Part shown: one piece after another, positions 10,091 through 23,420 of the stretch | Position numbering within the stretch: the first letter of the stretch is position 1 | Layout: every line of letters begins with the position of its first letter | Origin: Vicugna vicugna | Taxonomy: Eukaryota | DNA length: 64,000 nucleotides | Direction: 5' to 3' | Assembly (NCBI GenBank): GCA_013265495.1 | Contig: MU058456.1 | Coordinates: 434,001-498,000 of the forward strand | Position numbers and translations under genes: made by a program | The notes under the pieces: model-generated | What the model was told of the DNA's origin: nothing | Databases searched by the model: none | Seen by the model: the letters and a program-made list of their open reading frames with translations, nothing else

Positions 10091-13000
10091 ACAGAGTATG
10101 AAAAAGCTGGTTTATGCAGAATATCTGTGCCATAGCCAGGAATAATCAGATGCCTAGATGGCCCTTCCCTGATAGATTATGCTACCAGCATGTTTTACTG
10201 GTCCTTCTGGGAGGCTCTTTCATTCATGAGTAGGTAGATATGTAACATAGTGATCACTTTTAATTTCATGGACCCAGCATTTCTTATGATGTACTAACAG
10301 CACAGCTTTATGGTGTATGGTTCATTAATCCTCCTGTAAGACAGCATCTCTCCTTTGCTCATGGAACCTGCTCTTAGTGATCATTTATTAAGTAATATCC
10401 TAAAAGACTGTATGAACATGCAAATTATTAGCTGTGTCCAGGGATGTAGTCAGAAGGCAGTAAGCCAGCTGTGTGATGAGGCTGGTGAGATGACCAGGTA
10501 CTTCGTGATGATGTGGGGGGCTGAGAAGGGAGTAAGAAGGCAGTCAAATGATTTTCTGGAAGCCCGCTTTGGTTAATATAATCATCGAGGTTGGAGGCAG
10601 GTGGTCCAGGAGCCACCCCAACTTCACAGAGGGAAATCTGTTAGAAACGGAATGGAACTTTTAAAAAATATAAGAACTTGGGTATGTGAATTGCCCAGCA
10701 AAAAACTTGTTTTGTCCCTTTGGGACAATGTAAACATCTCAAATTTTTAAGGCAAAATTGCAAACATCTAGGAGCACGTTTGACATAACTCAGATCAATG
10801 CTGGTGCAGTGACTGCAGGTCATTTCTCTCCCACCTACTTGGGGCTCTGCCCTCTGAACCTGTTCAGGTTGACATTTACACAGCTTTGCATTGTCGAGTT
10901 CAAGGATTTTAGTGCCCTTTTATGTCTCCGATATTTTGTCTGGTTTCTTATCTTGTTCTGTTATTTTGGGGTAGAGCATAACACCAGCTAGGATTAAGCA
11001 GAAATCTCTTTCTCCAGTAGCTTTTGTGCACTTCTTTCTTTCTCTCTCTTTGCCCTTCTCTCACCTGGTTCAGAATTCCTGGGAAGGATTGGATAGTAAT
11101 CCCCTGTGCTTCCAGGCTTAGGAAAAAAAACCCTTCCCTCAATGTGAGAGTTGGTTCAGGACCGTGGTCAGCGGTATACATACATTAAAGTCATTTAAAT
11201 TTATAGAACTTGTGTGAAATTTCCGGTTGCTCCTCCAAGTTCTCTTAATAAAAAGCATTCAGTGCTTATTTAATACTTTGAGTTCATAACTAGACACGCA
11301 TGTCTGTGAGACAGCTTGTATTTCTACCGTAGGCCTGTGCTCTTGCTCGCCCATCAATCCCCTCTTGGACACAGTCCATATACTTCTGATTATGGTGCTT
11401 ACTTCCTCTGAACCTTTTAACCAAATACTTTGTGCTGATATTGGGGGCGGAGGGAAGGTGGGAGAGAGGATGGAAATACTGACAGATTGGCTTTATTTTC
11501 TTCAGTCGTTTCATAGGCTATTGTGTAGAAAATAAAAATTTAATTTTAATGTTCTTGACTTTGGGGTTTTTTTCCCAGTGGCCAGCGAGTGCACAGGTGC
11601 ACCCAATTCAGTATGGGTCAGTGAACACACATTAACAAACGTGCATCAGGTGTGGGTCTTTTGGCCTTTAGAACTTGGTCAGCTACTTTTTTTAATGAGC
11701 TGAGAAGTTAGGTATGTAATTTACTCCTGGCCAATGATTTTGTGCCTTTCTATCTTTTTAAAAATATCATCCTGTCTTGGGATTCTGGTGTTACTATTTG
11801 TCTCTTCAGGCATTTCTTTATGCAGAGATGGATGTAACTTCTGCAACACAGAAAAGATCCTTGCCCCTCACCAGTGGTAGGGAAATAAAGTAAAATTAGA
11901 GTTGGTGGCTAAAAATCTTATGTCACTATACACTGTCTTTGAGTTTATGAATGAGTTGGGTTCCATAGTTATGTGTCTAGCTTCTCTACACGCAAACTCG
12001 CAATATTTGCTGCGTCACTCCCTTCATTTCGGCCAGAGTGCTTAATTGAAGGCACCTGGGGCTTAATTGAAATCCTTAACACCCCCAGGCCTCTCGTTTT
12101 AACCGGGCAGCTCTGAGGATGCTCACTCAGATGCAGCCAAGCAGAGGAGGGGAGAGTTGCTGCAGAGAAGAGGGCCACCCCCACCCTAATGTTTGGAGAG
12201 AAAGGACTGTTGAGAAGTTTTACTTAAGGGGAACTTCAGACTCGCTGCAGATGAATAGAGTACATATCCGGAAGCCCCAAGAAAATGCTGACCTGCCCCT
12301 TCTTGTGGCCCTTATCAGACTGGTAAGTAGACTCTCCTGGTTAAGACAGTGGGGCCTTAGTTTAAAGACTGAACGAGCGTGTGTGAGCATGAGAGAGCGA
12401 TGGAGGAGAGGGACTCCTTGTCACATAGGGAAAGACTATCTTCTCTTTGCCTCACGTTTTGGTACTTTAAATTATTCGTGTGTTGTTTGAAATAATTACC
12501 TTTGTTAACTTTCACTTCATGTTCCACTTGACTTCCTTGGAATTGCTTAGTTTTTTTGTTCTATGGACACTGTTACCTTAATCTGCCCCGGTTCCTTGTA
12601 AGTTGGGAAAAGGAGGCAGGTTCAAAATGTGCCTGAGACCTTTTAGGATTCACTTTAAGCTGCGGTGATGTTGGGTCCTTGCCATGATGCAGTCTCTGTT
12701 AGGAGGACAAGAGATAACATGGAAATTCACTGTGAACGCTTTTTTAAAAATTATTATTACAATGTCAATATCACTTTAGTTTTCAAGAGTTCTCCTTTTG
12801 AAATTAAAACATTTCTACCTGGAGGAAGCTGAGGGCAACAGTTTTAAAATGATGGAATAATACCTGTTGCTACCAGTAGAGTAGCAACATGACGGTGGTG
12901 TAACCTGCTAGAATCCTACTGTTTTAAATTCCTTTAAGATTGTTTGAGTCATCACTTTCTGTGTATTAGGTTACCTGTCATTCCGTGTTCTAATTCATTC

Positions 13001-15584
13001 CTGTTTCTTCCCCTTCCTATCTATAGCTTGGTCATCAGAATTTTAAAAAGAACCTCACAAACAACTTTGGTTGGAAGATTATAGTAAAACCTTTGTTAAA
13101 TAGAATGTTTGAGGGAGAGCCCTTTTTTGGTTACTGAATTTTATGATTCACTAAAAATTAACTTGAAAGCTTTTTTTAATTCTCATTTTTTTCTCATTTT
13201 AATTCTCATTTCATTTACCTTTTTTCCTTATAAATATGGTGTGATTTTTCTGCTTTTATTATTCTGTGCTGAACAAGTTAGTTTTTTTTTTTTTTAATGC
13301 TTGGACATCTCGTAATGCTTTAGGGCTCTCACTTTGGGCATCAATCATCTTTGAAAACTATTGAATATGTAAAAGTGCATGAGAAGAAGTATAAAGTGTA
13401 AAATTGCATGTGCTGTTAATAAGTGGGTAATATTGATTTCTTAACTCGAGAAGTTAAAGTTAGTAAGTTCTCTTTCTTTTTTTTCCCTGAGGAATGTGCT
13501 GCATTATCTTTGTGTCTGGGTTATGCTAGGTCTTGTATATATTGTTAATGTATGTACAGTATTTAACAATTTGCACAGCTTTTCCTGATATTATTTCTGT
13601 TCTCTCATTTTCATTTTGTACTCACTTTTTGTAGTGTAGTTAATAGTTAAATCTCTTTCCCACTAGATTGTATAACGTTAAGCGGGTCATTTGGCCATGA
13701 TATGGTAATATGGACCAATTGAATTATCAATTAAGTTTAAAAGGACTTTTGTAAAAGTTAAGTGAGTAAATGCATGTAAAACACTCAGAATGGTGTCTTT
13801 ACCCACAATATGCCTCAACTGCAGTTAGGAACAGTGCATTGTTATTATCAACTCTGTGCACCATGCAGTTGCCATTAAGAGTTTGGGTTAAGTGGCTGTA
13901 GAACTTCTTTCTGTTCAGGTTAGGGTCAAGATTTAACTGATGACCTACAACCCGGGATCATAGGTTTCATGGGCTGGCTGAGTGGATTTCTGCCAATGAA
14001 AAGTTTTCACGATAAACCAATTCTTTTCCTGTTAAGCGTTGGGAAACTCTGCCCTGCTGCGTTACTCATTACAATCACTTGTAGCTCTAAGTCGTTTTTG
14101 GCCACGTGTTTTAAAGGAATTATTTTAATTTCTGATGAAACATTGACAGCTAGCCTTAAAATTTTAACCGTGGTTCTGGCCTGTACTCCTTAGTGCTCAG
14201 GATAAACTGCTGTCTGTGGAAATGGGTTCAGGAATTCTGGGTGAGCATCTGTGGGGGATTTGGGAGGTCCCAGCTGTGTGGTGGCTCCCTGCTGGCCAAG
14301 CGTTCATCTCCACAATCTTCACGTGTGATGAAAGGCGGTCCTGTCCAACTCCAGCTCCAGATGTTTCTTCTTACCCTAGAAACATTAATTGAAAAATAAG
14401 AAGTTGTCATCAGTGTCTAATTTGTTACAGAACTGTTCACTCCCATTTGTGTTTTGACAAATTTGAATTTGTATATAGGCACGTGCTTGAAAGGAATTCT
14501 CACAGAGACACTTAAAGGATTCTTTTAGGTTACGCTGACTTAAACTTACAGAAGTGCAGTCGGCATATATATCTTGCTTACACTCATCTTTTAAAATGAT
14601 TTGGCATGTTTCTGTCAGTCGTCACAAAGACGTGTTGAGGGCTCTCTCACCTCCCAACCCTGCGAAGGAGGTAAACGCTGGACAACACAGTCAGTTTTGC
14701 ATTTCTCTCGATGCTACCGCAGACTGTTGTGTGCACCAGAAATTACCGTTGTAGGTGAAATTACAAAGGGTGAGTTTTGGGTGCGAGCTCTTGGAGACTC
14801 TGACTGCAGAACTGGATCTGTCTCCCTTAGAGCATCTGCAGGTCCTTAGATCAGTGGTGGAATCTGCTTTTTTATAGTGGGCTCCAAACTGAAAAGAGTT
14901 GAGTTTGGAATTCGCATACTGCCTGGAATTAGTTTGGGCCACACGTCATGTCACAAGTCTGTTCTAGAGCAGCAACTTTTGGTTTTTAAAAACTATTCTC
15001 TTATCTAGAATATTGGTATGGTCTCTGCTTCCCCAGGCAGCCAGGGCCCTCCTGAACTGTTCTGGATCCTAGTTACCCAGTCCTTGTAGTGGACTGAAGT
15101 TTGTTTGCAAAGTTAGATCAGAATCAGTCAGAAGTTACCTCTTAGCAGCATGCTGATTTTTTTTTAAACCAGAGGCTGGCTGCTCTAGCCTGAGCTGTCG
15201 GCCTGGGCTGTTGGGATTAGTTTATAAGTTCATCTGGAAGTTGTTTGAAGCTTGGAGTGTGACGTCCCATAGAGACGTTTTAAATGATGGTTTGGTTTCC
15301 AGATAAGCCAGCTGCCCTCCCACGTATCAGAATTCATGAGTAACGAGCTGGGGAGAGGGAGCCCAAGCACTCGGCATCTGCTACAGCTATGTGGTGGCTC
15401 TGGCTTTCCTCCTGGAGGTGTAACAATGACCTTTCTTTGTCTTTAGGACACTTGCACGGATGCCCAAGACTCCTTTTCATATTGGGACAAATCATTTTAA
15501 CCCAAAACGGTGTCTCCTGCCACTTTTCAATTCAGTTCTAATGGAGGAGGCCTGTGAAGGCTCAGAATTTTAAGGTAGAAGGTG

Positions 15585-16419
15585 GGAGATACCACCTTAC
15601 ACCCATCAGAATGGCTGTTACCAAAAAGACAAGTGTTGGTGAGGATGTGGGGAAAAGGGAACCCTTGTGCCCTGTTGGCGAGAATGTGAATTATGGAAAA
15701 CAGTATGGAGGGTCTTCAGAAAATAGAACTACTATATGATCGAGCAATCCACTTCCGGGTATTTAATCCAAAGAAGATGAAAACACTAACTCTAAGATAG
15801 ATGGCATTCCTGTGTTCACAGCAGCAGCATTTACAATAGCCAAGAAATAGAGGCAACCTAAGTGTCCATCGATGAATGAATGGATGAAGATGTGGAGAGT
15901 GTGTGTCTGTATAGACCCAATGGACTATTTTTCAGCCATTAAAAATGAAATCTTGCCTTTTGTGACAACACGGATGGACCCCTAGGGCATTATGCTAGGT
16001 GAAATAAGTCAGAGAAAGACATACTTGATGATCTCACTTACATGTGTAATTGATTAAAAAAAAGATAACTCATAGATACAAAGAACAGAATGGTGGTTGC
16101 CAGTGGTGGCAGGGGTGGGAGGCTATGCGTGAAATGGGTGAAGGGGGTCAAAAAGTACAAAATTCCAGTTATAAAGTAAGTCATGAGATGTAACATACAG
16201 TGTGATGACTCTGGTTAATAATTCTGTATTGCATATTTGAAAGTTGCTAAGAGGGGAGATCTTAAAAGTTCTCATCACAAGAAAACTACATTTGATAATG
16301 GATATTAACTAGACATATTGGAGGATCACTTTGCAATATATACAAACATCGAATCATTAGGTTGTATACCTGAAACCAATATAATGTTATGTGTCAGTTA
16401 CACCTCAATTTAAAAAATT
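15585..16419 (+). mobile_element. 5'-truncated L1 (L1MA-type; ORF2 C-terminal region plus 3' UTR) with a 10-bp target-site duplication
   Basis: ORF2-end motif translating to RYHLTPIRMA, typical L1MA 3' UTR ('gttgctaagaggggagatcttaaaagttctcatcacaag'), A-rich end. GTAGAAGGTG flanks both sides (15575-15584 and 16420-16429). Confidence 0.9.
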
Positions 16420-18448
16420 GTAGAAGGTGATTACCTCAGAAAATTAATCAGAATGCCTTTTAAATAAACCAAATACTATTAGTAGAAATATCAAGGGGCT
16501 ATTTGCTCAAAACATTCCCTGTATAGTAAGACTTCTTTGCAGAACAGATGATGTCCTAATTTGCACAGTGTGTCTCCCTCACCTGTAGACACGGATTCTC
16601 CCATGCTTTTTCTTGTAGTTTAACTCACATGATGGAGCCTCTAGGTGAGGCTTTGAATAATTGCCACATATCCTTGATCCATTGGGGCTTTACACTTAAC
16701 TGTGTGGTTTTAGGGGCCTCTTATCTCCCTGAGCCCAAATCCACAGAATTTGAGGAAAGGTGGATTCATCACTCCAACTCGAGGGTGGTTTCATTCATTG
16801 TGCTGTGAGCTCCTGTTTTTCTCTTTGTTCTCTCTCTCCCGTCTCTCTCCTTTCCTCCCCTCATGAGAGGGATAAGGCTGAGTCGTGGAATTAGGGCAAT
16901 TAATTTTTTTTTAAAGAGATGGCGAAGGCCCCATCCAAATAGTGTAGAGTTAGTTTCTAGCAATGAGGATGATTTCGTCAGAGCCTCTCCAAAATGTCCC
17001 TTTAGAGCTTGTCTGTGGTAATTACAAAGAAAGTGAAACACAGGTTCTTAAAAAATGATAAATACAGGTTTACCAAGTGATTTCAAAATGATAGGTAGAT
17101 GCCCTGCTGAGAAACATCATGGGGTACTCACTTTGTACTTGTGAAAAACCTGTAATCAGATGGGCACTGTCTTGAGATTGCTCAGATACCGTTACCTGCC
17201 GTTTTTAGAAATTTATTTTGACACTTAAGGACATCTAAGGATGTAAATGTAATTACTGCTGCTGCTCTCTCTGTGGGCTTGAATGAAAAGTGGCAGATTA
17301 TGTAACAAAATTGTCACAGAGATGTAGTTTTTAAAGTTAAAATTTTCACGAGTGTTCAAAATTTGGTTTCTGAACTTGCAGTCTGGATGGGCAGCTTTTA
17401 AAGTATTACCATAAAGTCTCGGGCAATCAGACTTATGTCGACTCTTTGAGGGGACAGCTTTCAGTTAGATGAGGTTACGACAGCTACTCACTCAGGATGT
17501 CCTAGAAAACTGGGACTCCAACACAGTGGGCTTTGTGTGTGAGACGCAAAACTTCTTAACCTAAACTTGCAGACTGGAGCTATGTATCCAACGTTACTCA
17601 AGTGCAGGGTAACGGGAGCTGAGCCAAGTCAGCATCTTCTGGGGTGTCTCTCTTTCTCTCTTTCTTTTTGTTTTGTAGTATCTCTCTTCTCCTTTTCTAT
17701 TAGCCTGCACTTTTGAAGGGCAAAAAGGGCAGACAGAGGCTCTAGAAAATAAGGGTTGTAACCCTAGCACACTGTTGCAACAACAGATGCTGGTGAAGAT
17801 GCCCTTGTTGAAGGTTAGTTGCAGGGCTCCTCCCTGGTACCCAGGCTGCTGCTAGCCCTTCCTGCTGTGGGGTAGAGCTAGTGTGAGAGCATACATTTTT
17901 CTTTGTCCAGAGGTGTTTATTAAGCCTTGCTGCTTGCAAAACTCTGTAGAATATGGCAGTGGGAGGACAGGGAGACGTAAAAGAACTCAGAAATCTGGTC
18001 AGCACCTAAAGCAACATACAGTCGAGTGAGTTGACCTGAATGTGCACAGTGCACTATCAACAAATGAAAATGCAGTTCAGACTGAAGGTGGGTTTGGGGA
18101 AGAAACCAAGTTGAGAATCCCCTGAGGGGATTTAGCTGGAAGGATGTTTTCCTGGTGCCTTGAAGACCTAAGCATTGGAAAGAAAAGGAGCTTGTAGCAG
18201 ATGAAATGATTTGCCCCATCAGGTATGGTCATTCATTACAGGTGTAGTCTTAGGAAAGTCTCTTTTTCTCTTTAGGAATAACAATATTTCGAAGGAATAG
18301 TAATAGGTACTAATAGGTGGTTGGTTTTAACATTTGTTTATGGTTAACTCTGTGTAATTTAAAATTACTGATAAAGATACATTACCAGGATTTTAGCATT
18401 TTCTCTTGCCAGCTTATTTATGGCTTCATAACTTTCTAATCAAAAGTA

Positions 18449-18542
18449 TTTTTTTTCCCTAATGGAGATCCTGGGGATTGAACCCAGAACCTCATGCATG
18501 CAAAGCACTTGCTCTACCACTGTGCTATACCCACCCCCCTCC
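18449..18542 (-). mobile_element. tRNA-Ala-derived SINE (camelid Vic-1 type)
   Basis: Reverse complement GGGTGGGTATAGCACAGTGGTAGAGCAAGTGCTTTGCATGCATGAGGTTCTGGGTTCAATCCCCAGGATCTCCA followed by an A-tail. A and B boxes present; tRNA-Ala(TGC)-like body. Confidence 0.85.
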
Positions 18543-21500
18543 AGGAATATTTTTTTTATAAGATTTATATTTCCTCAGATAAGTAAGCTGTGTAGCCACT
18601 TAATGCTTTTTAAATCACTGTCTTTTAAATCACTGTTTTGTTAGTTGTGGGGGGCAGAGTTTGGGGAGAAAGCGTGTTTGGTGAGAATTTACCAGCTAAG
18701 CCGTTTTCGATGCTCTCTCTTGAAGATAACACTTTCTTTTCATGCTTTGGGATATCTTTCAGTTACTCATTACTGGAAATGTGCCAAGTTTTGAGCAATG
18801 ATGTTTTTGGCCCAGGTGGAATTTCAGACACTCCCCCAGTTGTCTTTCTTTTCTCCTCAAAGTGTGCTTGAAAAAACTTCAAGGAGAGGCTCTCACCCTC
18901 TGGGTCTTGGGCAGCAACCGTTGCCTCCGTCAGGGTGGAGCCCCTTACACAGCGGAGGACTCGCCCTGTGGCCGTGCCAGCCCCTGACCGGGGGGCTTTC
19001 AGAGACCTCTGAGTGATGTGGACTGGCTCGATGTCCTCAGCACCCACAGAGCAACCGGTCATAGGAGGCAGCACCTGTGATTTTTAGAAAAGGTGGTTTC
19101 TCCAGGCCTCAGACCTTTCCGGGCAGCTAGCTTCCAGGGCTTGCAGGTGGGAGGAGAGCCCACTGAGGATAAAACCTGCTTTCTAAAAAGACTCTGGGGA
19201 CTGTGTCTCCTTCAGGGGCCTGCAGGCTTGGGGGAAAGTCCTCCACCTGAGGGTCAGTGCTTGCCAGCGTGGTCTACCGGTGTGGGAGCCATATGTGACA
19301 CCGGGGCTGCTCGCAAAGGCCACACAAGATTACAAAGCAAGGCAGCAGGGCAGACTGGAGAAAATGCTTTTTTTTTTTAGCAGGAGTGGGGAAAACTTAA
19401 GAGGAGTTGGTGTTACTTATAATGACCAAGCCAAAGTGGAACGATGAGGGCTGTTATGCATTTATAATTAACATTAAGCTCCCAAATGAACTGACTTTTA
19501 GCCCTATCCTCTGTGCCCTGGCCCAGTACATCTCAGCCTTCACTCTTGCCTCAGAAAAAATATCTAAGAAAGCAGTCCTGTGAGCCCCGTGCCAGTGTCT
19601 GGCCAGTTCCACAACTTCTTCAAAGAGCCTCTGTCGCAGTTATTTTTATTCTACCCACACAGTGTGTACTTTGGACTTTTGAAATTTACAGTTACAAGTC
19701 TGCTATTAATCTTAACTCTGAAAACTAAATACTCACTCTTTTCACCTAGAGCTTACCGACAGCCTGGTTAATGCATGAAATGATGGAGAGGGTAGAAGTT
19801 ATTCCTTTAAGACCTGAATCGCCTGGCCTGTGACGTCAAGGATTTGATTTGCCCTTACTGAAATGTGCTTGAGGTCTCTAGAATTCTTTCGCTCTGGAGG
19901 AGGGCAGTAAGATCCCAGTCTTGGATTAAGCTTTGAAACAAATCTTACTGAAGGTTTTCCATGTTGCAGAATGGAAGACCATTAGAGGAACCCCAGTTTT
20001 CCCGTTCTTGGGAGAGCAAGTTCCTCCTGTTTCTTGAGCTGGCAGATTTCTTTTGTGCTGAAAAGACATGACACTTGGCATAACTCCCAATGTGAGGGAG
20101 CTGCTAGGACAGTGGTTTGGGGAGAGTAGGAACCTCGTGGTCCACAGGTAGGGAGAGGACCGGGGAGCCCTCCTGTTGGGAGGCGGTGGGGGTACTTCTT
20201 TGAGGATGTGCTTATCTTCAGCTAAAGATAAGGCATCCTTTGTGATGCTCTGCTTGAGGGGAACGCATATGGCAGAGAAATCTTTTTTTAAGCTATTAAA
20301 TCTGTGTCTTGCTCTCTGCTTTTTCTCTTCTCTGATATTTTAAGTAGGAACTGGGACAGTTGTAATTCCTGGCCTCGGGGATATTTGCCTGGCAGAAAAC
20401 TGAAGCAATTTAAAGAATAGGTTCTTCTGAGTCTCTTTCTAAAAAGTCTGCACTTACAGAAGAGAGGAGGCTGTGTGTACTGGGGTGGAGGGTGGTTTTC
20501 CTGGGAGAGCAGGGAGAGAGAAAACAGATTCCCTGGACCGGAAAGGGGTCAGGGTAGGTGGGCTCTGGGGCACAGGGGTTGGGGTTCATGATTCTCTTGT
20601 GGCAGCAGGAAGCAAGGGAGGAGGCCACTGGGTGGGCCTGGGAAGGCTGGCACTTAGACACCTAGCTTCCTGCCTTGGCAGAGATGCTGGGGCCACCTGT
20701 GGGGCCTGGCAGTACAGACATGCAGGATTTCCAGGGCCCTCGGGGGCCGGCTGACCACGAGGATTTTAGTAGTAAGCACAGGAGGCTTCCCCTTGGTGTC
20801 ACATCCCAGGAACAACTCAGAAGGATCAGTGTCTTCCCATGGCTTTGGAATCAGAAATAATTTGATTTCAAGGGAAGGGTTTTCTTTCGCTTGTTGGTTT
20901 TTGCTACATCTGACTTTGTGAATTGAGTTTTCATACCTGCTGTACCCGTGATCCAAACATGGGTTCCTGACAATCCCTTGATGAGATGCTACAGCCTTAT
21001 GCACTTAAAATCGTGGTCCTTTCCTTCTGTGTAATTGTACCTAAAATTAAAGTGCTGTGATCAGAAGAAGGCACCGCGAGCTCCTGTCATCTCTCCCCTT
21101 TGCCCGCCCAGCACGTGAGCGGCTTCTTGCACTGGACGTCACCCACGGGGCTGCTGGTGCACCGTCCTCATCACATCTCCATGTCTCCTCCCCTTGCCAC
21201 ATTGCGAACTGCAGGAGCACGAGAGAGCCTATCCTCATGGCCGTGGCAGCCACCTCCCTGTGTGCTGTGTATCTTTGTTGAATAAACAAACACATGGAGG
21301 AAACCTTACAGCTTAAGGCAACCTCTGAAGTCAGAGCTGGTCCTGAAAGCCTGACTTGAGAAGGACTCTAGGATGGAGTCCCCTCACTTTACCTCGAGGA
21401 TCATGGATTGGGGCAGAGCTTCAATTTCCCACATTGATCCCATGTCCCCCTGTCGAGAGGGGGATGCAAAGATGTTTTAAAATTAAAATGAAATTTTTAG

Positions 21501-22389
21501 TCATAATATGTTGAAGTTACATGTAAGAATCTGATTTAGAAGGCTGGCACTGCCGGCTGGCCGGTTGGGCAGAACTGTCTGGAAGACGACCTGGCTGGCT
21601 GGACCTCTGAGAAGATGTGTCAGGACTGGCTCCTGGTCCTCTCCCCTGAGCTCCAGAGAGTGCTGGTAAGGACGGGGAGAAGCCCAAGGCCCGCCTGGGG
21701 AGGCGAAGGGCTCCCCTTCCAGACTGACAGGTTCCGTGAGGCCCCGGGGAGGCTGGGTTTTGCTTTCTCAGGCTCCCAGGGTGAGCAGCTGGCAGGGGCT
21801 TCTGTGTGAGGGAGCTTGGGTGCTCTGTCCTCTGAACGGGCCAACATTTAAAAAAATGTGCAAATTCTGGAAAGAAGACCAGGACTTCCTTGTGTACACA
21901 GTTGGTTAAGTGCTGCTCCTTTGTTTCCTTTCGCTAATTAATTTCCCCGACAGCCTTGCTTGCCGCTCTTTGCCAGTGCTCAGTTATCTGTGTAATAACA
22001 CGCTATAAAAACATAGAACGCAGGGGGAAAATGGTTGCAGCCAAAGTAGTGGAGTCTTGCAAATAAAAACCTTGTACGTTCACCTCTGGACTGGAAGGAG
22101 AATATCGGATCTGTCATTAGTGATTTAATTGACTGAATTTTTTTCTGAAATGTAAAAACACTAAATTTGAGTATGAGGCACGTATGTAACCTTCAGATAC
22201 AAGCAGAAGCAGTATCTCATTAAAATATTTGGGTTTGCTGGTGCCGTTAATGAGAAGTGACTCTGGCTCTCTAGCTTTTAAAAGTGTTGAAGGAAAGCCT
22301 TACAGCGTAGGCCTTATCAGAGGCCTATGGTGTGCTCGGCTTCCCTCGTCCTTTACATACATTGTTTTTTAGTTTGACCTGTTGTGATC

Positions 22390-22490
22390 TTACAAGGAAG
22401 GTGGGGTATCTCCATTTCATAGGGAAGGAAAGCAAAGCTCACAGAAATTAAATAGCTTGCTCACGGGTTTGATGTAAAAAAACAGTACTT
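22390..22490 (-). mobile_element. MIR fragment
   Basis: 'atctccatttcatagggaaggaaagcaaagctcacagaaattaaatagcttgctca'. Confidence 0.6.
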
Positions 22491-23309
22491 TTCCCGTGGT
22501 GGGTCTATAAAGGCAGACGGGAGCTGATTTTTTAAGTTGCTCATGAACAGATTTGCCAATTTAGTAGCTATTACTTAAACAAACAAAGAACTATGTTAAA
22601 AAAAAAAAGGTAGAGCAGAATTGCTGAATGAACCCTGGCTGAATTCCTGGCTCCCAAAATTTGAAGGAAGATAAAACAGAGGTTGTTTTATGCCACTAAG
22701 TTTTGGGATAAAATGTAACACACGAGAAGTAACCAGCTCCCTGGCCCTGGTTCCCTTTGTTTCTCTTGCTGAGGATGTTGGTCCTCTCCGCTCATAAACA
22801 GTCTCTCCGCACAGGACCTCCTCTGAGGGAAACTTACTGTGTAAGCACCAATGTGGAAAGGCCAGTGACCATTAACAAAATGAAACACCAAAGCAAGTGA
22901 ATAAAGAGAGAAAGACAATATCTGGGAAAGCCAGGAGCACAGTGAGCGCAGTATTCAGCCTGTCTGCCTGGCAGCGCGGGTTGATCAGGGAATGAGGTAC
23001 ACTTACAGCCTGACCATCTTCGAACCCCCTCTGGAGCTTCGACACATCAGGCTCCAACTGGGAGGTCCTGACTCTGCCAGCCCGTCTGTTAGAAGGCTGC
23101 CAGGTGGTTCTGTTCATTTAAGAGGCCTCAGCTAACTGGAGTGGCCAGCGCTGGAGAAGCACTGGCCTCGCCCCACTGGCTGTGGAGGAAGATCATGTTT
23201 ATTGCAGGTGCCCCTGGCCGAGGGCCTAGATGACCAGGAGCTGGGCTGGTTCCTCTGCTTGTGCATTCCTTCTCACCCTCACTGCAGGTCCATGAGGGGG
23301 AGGAGGAGC

Positions 23310-23420
23310 CCCCTTGTACAGGTGAGGAAACAGGCATTTCAGAGAAGTCTGGTCATTGGTACCTGGTCATCTCACTAGATACAGGGATAGGATTGGAACC
23401 ACCTATTGGCCTCTCAGCTG
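23310..23420 (-). mobile_element. MIR fragment
   Basis: 'ttgtacaggtgaggaaacaggc...ggtcatctcactag...ggattggaacc'. Confidence 0.55.

Noticed and set aside
15554..15739. 61-aa ORF containing RYHLTPIRMA
   Set aside because: It is a decayed remnant of the L1 ORF2 C-terminus, not a host gene.
18463..18535. Functional tRNA-Ala gene
   Set aside because: It has mismatched stems, a genome-encoded CCA followed by an A-tail, and a G-rich 5' extension, all typical of a SINE.
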